64,000 bases of DNA, from the NCBI RefSeq assembly GCF_009914755.1, contig NC_060943.1; one strand, written 5' to 3'. Under the pieces are notes generated by a model, which worked only from the letters and a program-made list of their open reading frames with translations, made no database searches and had not been told where the DNA came from. This DNA comes from the human T2T-CHM13v2.0 reference genome, Homo sapiens. Position numbers and translations under genes: made by a program. This document shows positions 54,401 to 64,000 of this stretch, piece after piece. Position 1 is the stretch's first letter. Every line of letters begins with the position of its first letter.

Positions 54401-56469
54401 CAACTCACAGAGTTGAATGATCCTTTACACAGAACAGTCTTGAAACACTCTTTTTGTGGAAATTGCAAGTGGAGATTTCAGCCGCTTTGAGGTCAATGGT
54501 AGAATAGGAAATATCTTCCTATAGAAACTAGACAGAATGATTCTCAGAAACTCCTTTGTGATGTGTGCGTTCAACTCACAGAGTTTAACCTTTCTTTTCA
54601 TAGAGCAGTTAGGAAACACTCTGTTTGTAAAGTCTGCAAGTGGATATTCAGACATCTTTGAGGCTTTCGTTGGAAACGGGATTTCTTCATATTCTGCTAG
54701 ACAGAAGAATTCTCAGTAACTTCCTTGTGTTGTGTGTATTCAACTCACAGAGTTGAACGATCCTTTACACAGAGCAGACTTGAAACACTCTTTTTGTGGA
54801 ATTTGCAAGTGGAGATTTCAGCCGCTTTGAGGTCAATGGTAGAATAGGAAATATCTTTCTATAGAAACTAGACAGAATGATTCTGAGAAACTCCTTTGTG
54901 ATGTGTGCGTTCAACTCACAGAGTTTAACCTTTCTTTTCATAGAGCAGTTGGGAAACACTCCGTTTGTAAACTCTGCAAATGGATATTCAGACCTCCTTG
55001 AGGCCTTCGTTGGAAACGGGATTTCTTCATATTATGCTAGACAGAAGAATTCTCAGTAACTTCCTTGTGTTGTGTGTATTCAACTCACAGGGTTGAACGA
55101 TCCTTTACACAGAGCAGACTTGAAACACTCTTTTTGTGGAATTTGCAAGTGGAGATTTCAGCCGCTTTGAGTTCAATGGTAGAATAGGAAATATCTTCCT
55201 ATAGAAACTAGACAGAATGATTCTCAGAAACTCCCTTGTGATGTGTGCGTTCAACTCACAGAGTTCAACCTTTCTTTTCATAGAGCAGTTGGGAAACACT
55301 CTGTTTGTAAAGTGTGCAAGTGGATATTCAGACTTCTTTGAGGCCTCGTTGGAAGCGGGATTTCTTCATATTCTGCTAGACAGAAGAATTCTCAGTAACT
55401 TCCTTGTGTTGTGTGTATTCTACTCACAGAGTTGAATGATCCTTTACACAGAACAGACTTGAAACACTCTTGTTGTGGAATTTGCAAGTGGAGATTTCAG
55501 CCGCTTTCAGGTCAACGGTAGAATAGGAAATATCTTCCTATAGAAACTAGACAGAATGCTTCTCAGAAACTCCTTTGTGATGTGTGCGTTCAACTCACAG
55601 AGTTTAACCTTTCTTTTCATAGAGCAGTTAGGAAACACTCTGTTTGTAAAGTCTGCAAGTGGATATTCAGACCTCCTTGAGGCCTTCGTTGGAAACGGGA
55701 TTTCTTCATATTATGCTAGACAGAAGAATTCTCAGTAACTTCCTTGTGTTGTGTGTATTCAACTCACAGAGTTGAACGATCCTTTACACAGAGCAGACTT
55801 GAAACACTCTTTTTGTGGAATTTGCAAGTGGAGATTTCAGCCGCTTTGGGGTCAATGGTAGAAAAGGAAATATCTTCCTATAGAAACTAGACAGAATGAT
55901 TCTAAGAAACTCCTTTGAGATGTCTGCGTTCAACTCACAGAGTTTAACCTTTCTTTTCATAGAGCAGTTAGGAAACACTCTGTTTGTAAAGTCTGCAAGT
56001 GGATATTCAGACCTCTTTGAGGCCTTCGTTGGAAACGGGATTTCTTCATATTATGCTAGACAGAAGAATTCTCAGTAACTTCCTTGTGTTGTGTGTATTC
56101 AACTCACAGAGTTGAACGATCCTTTACACAGAGCAGACTTGAAACACTCTTTTTGTGGAATTTGCAAGTGGAGATTTCAGCCGCTTTGAGGTCAATGGTA
56201 GAAAAGGAAATATCTTCGTATAAAAACTAGACAGAATGATTCTCAGAAACTCCTTTGTGATGTGTGCATTCAACTCACAGAGTTTAACCTTTCTTTTCAT
56301 AGAGCAGTTAGGAAACACTCTGTTTGTAAAGTCTGCAAGTGGATATTCAGACCTCCTTGAGGCCTTCGTTGGAAACGGGATTTCTTCATATTATGCTAGA
56401 CAGAAGAATTCTCAGTAACTTCCTTGTGTTGTGTGTATTCAACTCACAGAGTTGAACGATCCTTTACAC

Positions 56470-59400
56470 AGAGCAGACTTGAAACACTCTTTTTGTGGAA
56501 TTTGCAAGTGGAGATTTCAGCCGCTTTGAGTTCAATGGTAGAATAGGAAATATCTTCCTATAGAAACTAGACAGAATGATTCTCAGAAACTCCTTTGTGA
56601 TGTGTGCGTTCAACTCACAGAGTTCAACCTTTCTTTTCATAGAGCAGTTGGGAAACACTCTGTTTGTAAAGTCTGCAAGTGGATATTCAGACTTCTTTGA
56701 GGCCTTCGTTGGAAGCGGGATTTCTTCATATTCTGCTAGACAGAAGAATTCTCAGTAACTTCCTTGTGTTGTGTGTATTCAACTCACAGAGTTGAACGAT
56801 CCTTTACACAGAGCAGACTTGAAACACTCTTTTTGTGGAATTGGCAAGTGGAGATTTCAGCCGCTTTGAGGTCAATGGTAGAATAGGAAATATCTTCCTA
56901 TAGAAACTAGACAGAATGAATCTCAGAAACTCCTTTGTGATGTGTGCGTTCAACTCACAGAGTTTAACCTTTCTTTTCATAGAGCAGTTAGGAAACACTC
57001 TGTTTGTAAAGTCTGCAAGTGGATATTCAGACATCCTTGAGGCTTTCGTTGGAAACGGGATTTCTTCATATTCTGCTAGAAAGAAGAATTCTCAGTAACT
57101 TCCTTGTGTTGTGTGTATTCAACTCACAGAGTTGAACGATCCTTTACACAGAGCAGACTTGAAACACTCTTTTTGTGGAATTTGCAAGTGGAGATTTCAG
57201 CCGCTTTGAGGTCAATGGTAGAAAAGGAAATATCTTCGTATAAAAACTAGACAGAATGATTCTCAGAAACTCCTTTGTGATGTGTGCGTTCAACTCACAG
57301 AGTTTAACCTTTCTTTTCATAGAGCAGTTAGGAAACACTCTGTTTGTAAAATCTGCAAGTGGATATTCAGACCTCCTTGAGGCCTTCGTTGGAAACGGGA
57401 TTTCTTCATATTATGCTAGACAGAAGAATTCTCAGTAACTTCCTTGTGTTCTGTGTATTCAACTCACAGAGTTGAACGATCCTTTACACAGAGCAGACTT
57501 GAAACACTCTCTTTGTGGAATTTGCAAGTGGAGATTTCAGCCGCTTTGGGGTCAATGGTAGAATAGGAAATATCTTCCTATAGAAACTAGACAGAATGAT
57601 TCTGAGAAACTCCTTTGTGATGTGTACGTTCAACTCACAGAGTTTAACCTTTCTTTTCATAGAGCAGTTAGGAAACACTCTGTTTGTAAAGTCTGCAAGT
57701 GGATATTCAGACCTCCTTGAGGCCTTCGTTGGAAACGGGATTTCTTCATATTATGCTAGACAGAAGAATTCTCAGTAACTTCCTTGTGTTGTGTGTATTC
57801 AACTCACAGAGTTGAACGATCCTTTACACAGAGCAGACTTGAAACACTCTTTTTGTGGAATTTGCAAGTGGAGATTTCAGCCGCTTTGAGTTCAATGGTA
57901 GAATAGGAAATATCTTCCTATAGAAACTAGACAGAATGATTCTCAGAAACTCCTTTGTGATGTGTGCGTTCAACTCACAGAGTTCAACCTTTCTTTTCAT
58001 AGAGCAGTTGGGAAACACTCTGTTTGTAAAGTCTGCAAGTGGATATTCAGACTTCTTTGAGGCCTTCGTTGGAAGCGGGATTTCTTCATATTCTGCTAGA
58101 CAGAAGAATTCTCAGTAACTTCCTTGTGTTGTGTGTATTCAACTCACAGAGTTGAACGATCCTTTACACAGAGCAGACTTGAAACACTCTTTTTGTGGAA
58201 TTTGCAAGTGGAGATTTCAGCCGCTTTGAGGTCAATGGTAGAATAGGAAATATCTTCCTATAGAAACTAGACAGAATGAATCTCAGAAACTCCTTTGTGA
58301 TGTGTGCGTTCAACTCACAGAGTTTAACCTTTCTTTTCATAGAGCAGTTAGGAAACACTCTGTTTGTAAAGTCTGCAAGTGGATATTCAGACATCCTTGA
58401 GGCTTTCGTTGGAAACGGGATTTCTTCATATTCTGCTAGAAAGAAGAATTCTCAGTAACTTCCTTGTGTTGTGTGTATTCAACTCACAGAGTTGAACGAT
58501 CCTTTACACAGAGCAGACTTGAAACACTCTTTTTGTGGAATTTGCAAGTGGAGATTTCAGCCGCTTTGAGGTCAATGGTAGAAAAGGAAATATCTTCGTA
58601 TAAAAACTAGACAGAATGATTCTCAGAAACTCCTTTGTGATGTGTGCGTTCAACTCACAGAGTTTAACCTTTCTTTTCATAGAGCAGTTAGGAAACACTC
58701 TGTTTGTAAAATCTGCAAGTGGATATTCAGACCTCCTTGAGGCCTTCGTTGGAAACGGGATTTCTTCATATTATGCTAGACAGAAGAATTCTCAGTAACT
58801 TCCTTGTGTTCTGTGTATTCAACTCACAGAGTTGAACGATCCTTTACACAGAGCAGACTTGAAACACTCTCTTTGTGGAATTTGCAAGTGGAGATTTCAG
58901 CCGCTTTGGGGTCAATGGTAGAATAGGAAATATCTTCCTATAGAAACTAGACAGAATGATTCTGAGAAACTCCTTTGTGATGTGTGCGTTCAACTCACAG
59001 AGTTTAACCTTTCTTTTCATAGAGCAGTTAGGAAACACTCTGTTTGTAAAGTCTGCAAGTGGATATTCAGACCTCCTTGAGGCCTTCGTTGGAAACGGGA
59101 TTTCTTCATATTATGCTAGACAGAAGAATTCTCAGTAACTTCCTTGTGTTGTGTGTATTCAACTCACAGAGTTGAACGATCCTTTACACAGAGCAGACTT
59201 GAAACACTCTTTTTGTGGAATTTGCAAGTGGAGATTTCAGCCGCTTTGAGTTCAATGGTAGAATAGGAAATATCTTCCTATAGAAACTAGACAGAATGAT
59301 TCTCAGAAACTCCTTTGTGATGTGTGCGTTCAACTCACAGAGTTCAACCTTTCTTTTCATAGAGCAGTTGGGAAACACTCTGTTTGTAAAGTCTGCAAGT

Positions 59401-61200
59401 GGATATTCAGACTTCTTTGAGGCTTTCGTTGGAAGCGGGATTTCTTCATATTCTGCTAGACAGAAGAATTCTCAGTAACTTCCTTGTGTTGTGTGTATTC
59501 AACTCACAGAGTTGAACGATCCTTTACACAGAGCAGACTTGAAACACTTTTTTTGTGGAATTTGGAAGTGGAGATTTCAGCCGCTTTGAGGTCAATGGTA
59601 GAATAGGAAATATCTTCCTATAGAAACTAGACAGAATGATTCTCAGAAACTCCTTTGTGATGTGTGCGTTCAACTCACAGAGTTTAACCTTTCTTTTCAT
59701 AGAGCAGTTAGGAAACACTCTGTTTGTAAAGTCTGCAACTGGATATTCAGACATCCTTGAGGCTTTCGTTCGAAACGGGATTTCTTCATATTCTGCTAGA
59801 AAGAAGAATTCTCAGTAACTTCCTTGTGTTGTGTGTATTCAACTCACAGAGTTGAACGATCGTTTACACAGAGCAGACTTGAAACACTCTTTTTCTGGAA
59901 TTTGCAAGTGGAGATTTCAGCCGCTTTGAGGTCAATGATAGAAAAGGAAATATCTTCGTATAAAAAATAGACAGAATGATTCTCAGAAACTCCTTTGTGA
60001 TGTGTGCGTTCAACTCACAGAGTTTAACCTTTCTTTTCATAGAGCAGTTAGGAAACACTCTGTTTGTAAAGTCTGCAAGTGGATATTCAGACCTCCTTGA
60101 GGCCTTCGTTGGAAACGGGATTTCTTCATATTATGCTAGACAGAAGAATTCTCAGTAACTTCCTTGTGTTGTGTGTATTCAACTCACAGAGTTGAACGAT
60201 CCTTTACACAGAGCAGACTTGAAACACTCTTTTTGTGGAATTTGCAAGTGGAGATTTCAGCCGCTTTGAGGTCAATGGTAGAATAGGAAATATCTTCCTA
60301 TAGAAACTAGACAGAATGATTCTGAGAAACTCCTTTGTGATGTGTGCGTTCAACTCACAGAGTTTAACCTTTCTTTTCATAGAGCAGTTAGGAAACACTC
60401 TGTTTGTAAAGTCTGCAAGTGGATATTCAGACCTCCTTGAGGCCTTCGTTGGAAACGGGATTTCTTCATATTATGCTAGACAGAAGAATTCTCAGTAACT
60501 TCCTTGTGTTGTGTGTATTCAACTCACAGAGTTGAACGATCCTTTACACAGAGCAGACTTGAAACACTCTTTTTGTGAAATTTGCAAGTGGAGATTTCAG
60601 CCGCTTTGAGTTCAATGGTAGAATAGGAAATATCTTCCTATAGAAACTAGACAGAATGATTCTCAGAAACTCCTTTGTGATGTGTGCGTTCAACTCACAG
60701 AGTTCAACCTTTCTTTTCATAGAGCAGTTGGGAAACACTCTGTTTGTAAAGTCTGCAAGTGGATATTCAGACTTCTTTGAGGCCTTCGTTGGAAGCGGGA
60801 TTTCTTCATATTCTGCTAGACAGAAGAATTCTCAGTAACTTCCTTGTGTTGTGTGTATTCAACTCACAGAGTTGAACGATCCTTTACACAGAGCAGACTT
60901 GAAACACTCTTTTTGTGGAATTTGCAAGTGGAGATTTCAGCCGCTTTGAGGTCAATGGTAGAATAGGAAATATCTTCCTATAGAAACTAGACAGAATGAT
61001 TCTCAGAAACTCCTTTGTGATGTGTGCGTTCAACTCACAGAGTTTAACCTTTCTTTTCATAGAGCAGTTAGGAAACACTCTGTTTGTAAAGTCTGCAAGT
61101 GGATATTCAGACATCCTTGAGGCTTTCGTTGGAAACGGGATTTCTTCATATTCTGCTAGAAAGAAGAATTCTCAGTAACTTCCTTGTGTTGTGTGTATTC
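56470..61200 (+). repeat. Local 1360-bp periodicity (4 dimers / 8 monomers), ~3.5 units; first two near-identical
   Basis: GGAAGCGGGA-type dimers start at 56576, 57936, 59296 and 60656. Private SNVs at +1360: GAATGAATC (~56920/58280), TAAAATCTG (~57351/58711), GTTCTGTG (57451/58811), CTCTCTTT (57511/58871), CTTTGGGG (~57549/58909). Confidence 0.9.
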
Positions 61201-64000
61201 AACTCACAGAGTTGAACGATCCTTTACACAGAGCAGACTTGAAACACTCTTTTTGTGGAATTTGCAAGTGGAGATTTCAGCCGCTTTGAGGTCAATGGTA
61301 GAATAGGAAATATCTTCCTATAGAAACTAGACAGAATGATTCTCAGAAACTCCTTTGTGATGTGTGCGTTCAACTCACAGAGTTTAACCTTTCTTTTCAT
61401 AGAGCAGTTAGGAAACACTCTGTTTGTAAAGTCTGCAAGTGGATATTCAGACATCCTTGAGGCTTTCGTTGGAAACGGGATTTCTTCATATTCTGCTAGA
61501 AAGAAGAATTCTCAGTAACTTCCTTGTGTTGTGTGTATTCAACTCACAGAGTTGAACGATCCTTTACACAGAGCAGACTTGAAACACTCTTTTTGTGGAA
61601 TTTGCAATTGGAGATTTCAGCCGCTTTGAGGTCAATGGTAGAATAGGAAATATCTTCCTATAGAAACTAGACAGAATGATTCTCAGAAACTCCTTTGTGA
61701 TGTGTGCGTTCAACTCACAGAGTTTAACCTTTCTTTTCATAGAGCAGTTAGGAAACACTCTGTTTGTAAAGTCTGCAAGTGGATATTCAGACATCTTTGA
61801 GGCTTTCGTTGGAAACGGGATTTCTTCATATTCTGCTAGACAGAAGAATTCTCAGAAACTTCGTTGTGTTGTGTGTTTTCAACTCACAGAGTTCAACGAT
61901 CCTTTACACAGAGTAGACTTGAAACACTCTTTTTGTGGAATTGGCAGTGTGGAGATATCAGCCGCTTTGAGGTCAATGGTAGAAAAGGAAATATCTTCGT
62001 ATAAAAACTAGACAGAGTGATTCTCAGAAACTCCTTTGTGATGTCTGCGTTCAACTCACAGAGTTTAACCTTTCTTTTCATAGAGCAGTTAGGAAACACT
62101 CTGTTTGTAAAGTCTGCAAGTGGATATTCAGACCTCCTTGAGGCCTTCGTTGGAAACGGGATTTCTTCATATTTTGCTATACAGAAGAATTCTCAGAAAC
62201 TTCCTTGTGTTGTGTGTATTCAACTCACAGAGTTGAACGATCGTTTACACAGAGCAGACTTGAGACACTCTTTTTGTTGAATTTGTAAGTGGAGATTTCA
62301 GCCGCTTTGAGGTCAATGGTAGAAAAGGAAATATCTTCATATAAAAACTAGACAGAATGATTCTCAGAAACTCCTTTGTGATGTGTGCGTTCAACTCACA
62401 GAGTTTAACCTTTCTTTTCATAGAGCAGTTAGGAAACACTCTGTTTGTAAAGTCTGCAAGTGGATATTCAGACCTCTTTGAGGCCTTCGTTGGAAACGGG
62501 ATTTCTTCATATTATGCTAGACAGAAGAATTCTCAGTAACTTCCTTGTGTTGTGTGTATTCAACTCACAGAGTTGAACGATCCTTTACACAGAGCAGTCT
62601 TGAAACACTCTTTTTGTGGAATTTGCAAGTGGAGATTTCAGCCGCTTTGAGGTCAATGGTACAAAAGGAAATATCTTCGTATAAAAACTAGACAGAATGA
62701 TTCTCAGAAACTCCTTTGTGATGTGTGCGTTCAACTCACAGAGTTTAACCTTTCTTTTCATAGAGCAGATAGGAAACACTCTGTTTGTAACTTCTGCAAG
62801 TGGATATTCAGACCTCCTTGAGGCCTTCGTTGGAAACGGGATTTCTTCATATTATGCTAGACAGAAGAATTCTCAGTAACTTCCTTGTGTTGTGTGTATT
62901 CAACTCACAGAGTTGAACGATCCTTTACACAGAGCAGACTTGAAACACTCTTTTTGTGGAATTTGCAAGTGGAGATTTCAGCCGCTTTGAGTTCAATGGT
63001 AGAATAGGAAATATCTTCCTATAGAAACTAGACAGAATGATTCTCAGAAACTCCTTTGTGATGTGTGCGTTCAACTCACAGAGTTCAACCTTTCTTTTCA
63101 TAGAGCAGTTGGGAAACACTCTGTTTGTAAAGTCTGCAAGTGGATATTCAGACTTCTTTGAGGCCTTCGTTGGAAGCGGGATTTCTTCATATTCTGCTAG
63201 ACAGAAGAATTCTCAGTAACTTCCTTGTGTTGTGTGTATTCAACTCACAGAGTTGAACGATCCTTTACACAGAGCAGACTTGAAACACTCTTTTTGTGGA
63301 ATTTGCAAGTGGAGATTTCAGCCGCTTTGAGGTCAATGGTAGAATAGGAAATATCTTCCTATAGAAACTAGACAGAATGAATCTCAGAAACTCCTTTGTG
63401 ATGTGTGCGTTCAACTCACAGAGTTTAACCTTTCTTTTCATAGAGCAGTTAGGAAACACTCTGTTTGTAAAGTCTGCAAGTGGATATTCAGACATCCTTG
63501 AGGCTTTCGTTAGAAACGAAATTTCTTCATATTCTGCTAGAAAGAAGAATTCTCAGTAACTTCCTTGTGTTGTGTGTATTCAGCTCACAGAGTTGAACGA
63601 TCCTTTACACAGAGCAGACTTGAAACACTCTTTTTGTGGAATTTGCAAGTGGAGATTTCAGCCGCTTTGAGGTCCATGGTAGAAAAGGAAATATCTTCGT
63701 ATAAAAACTAGACAGAATGATTCTCAGAAACTCCTTTGTGATGTGTGCGTTCAACTCACAGAGTTTAACCTTTCTTTTCATAGAGCAGTTAGGAAACACT
63801 CTGTTTGTAAAGTCTGCAAGTGGATATTCAGACCTCCTTGAGGCCTTCGTTGGAAACGGGATTTCTTCATATTATGCTAGACAGAAGAATTCTCAGTAAC
63901 TTCCTTGTGTTGTGTGTATTCAACTCACAGAGTTGAACGATCCTTTACACAGAGCAGACTTGAAACACTCTTTTTGTGGAATTTGCAAGTGGAGATTTCA

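Larger units (their letters stand above)
1..64000 (+). repeat. Alpha satellite (alphoid) tandem array, 340-bp dimer (169+171 bp), ~188 dimers / ~376 monomers; SF1 J1/J2 type, probably the chr1/5/19 dimeric live array (D1Z7/D5Z2/D19Z3)
   Basis: Alphoid motifs (TTCAACTCACAGAGTT, GAAACACTCT, TGCAAGTGGA, ATTCTCAG) recur at alternating 169/171-bp spacing (ATTCTCAG at 131, 300, 471). GAATTC recurs every 340 bp (298, 638, 978...). The first and last ATGATTCTC anchors (128 and 63717) are 187x340+9 bp apart, matching 12 single-base insertions minus 3 single-base deletions. The alphoid call is near certain; the chr1/5/19 assignment is inferred from the high similarity of adjacent dimers. Confidence 0.98.

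Noticed and set aside
16-63899. Hundreds of 60-138 aa ORFs on both strands (MILRNSFVMCAF..., MFPNCSMKRK...)
   Set aside because: They are translations of the satellite unit recurring every 340 bp. They overlap on opposite strands, gain and lose stops at random, often rely on non-ATG starts and resemble no protein family I recognise. Similar database 'hypothetical proteins' would most likely be alphoid contamination.
1-64000. CRISPR-like or other repeat-spacer array
   Set aside because: There are no unique spacers. The entire unit is repeated, and no cas or other genes are present.
1-64000. Embedded transposon (L1/Alu), inversion or foreign insert
   Set aside because: The 340-bp register is fully accounted for from end to end (12 insertions, 3 deletions), leaving no room for inserts. 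No poly-A tails or strand switches were seen.
1-64000. Assignment to a specific chromosome or to the active kinetochore (CDR) site
   Set aside because: The chr1/5/19 arrays are nearly identical and the CDR is epigenetically defined. This needs alignment to T2T references and methylation/CENP-A data.

Overview
The whole 64 kb window is one uninterrupted, single-orientation array of primate (human-type) centromeric alpha satellite. It holds about 188 tandem copies of a 340-bp dimer: a 169-bp monomer carrying a CENP-B box plus a 171-bp A-type monomer, with one EcoRI site per dimer. This organisation fits suprachromosomal family 1 (J1/J2 monomers) and most likely the dimeric array shared by chromosomes 1, 5 and 19 (D1Z7/D5Z2/D19Z3); the chromosome cannot be determined by eye. 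I found no genes, RNA genes, transposon insertions, inversions or CRISPR arrays. All listed ORFs are chance frames recurring every 340 bp. I cannot support a new protein-coding system here. The interest lies in hidden structure among dimer variants: a cryptic ordered cycle of dimer types, nested recent duplications (3, 4, 6, 7-8 and ~17 dimers), a central haplotype domain enriched in broken CENP-B boxes, linked substitutions that perfect a hairpin in the A-box, a recurrent 1-bp insertion creating a G-run motif, and a tight cluster of G:C transversions. Counts were made by eye with the ORF track as an index and may be off by a few.
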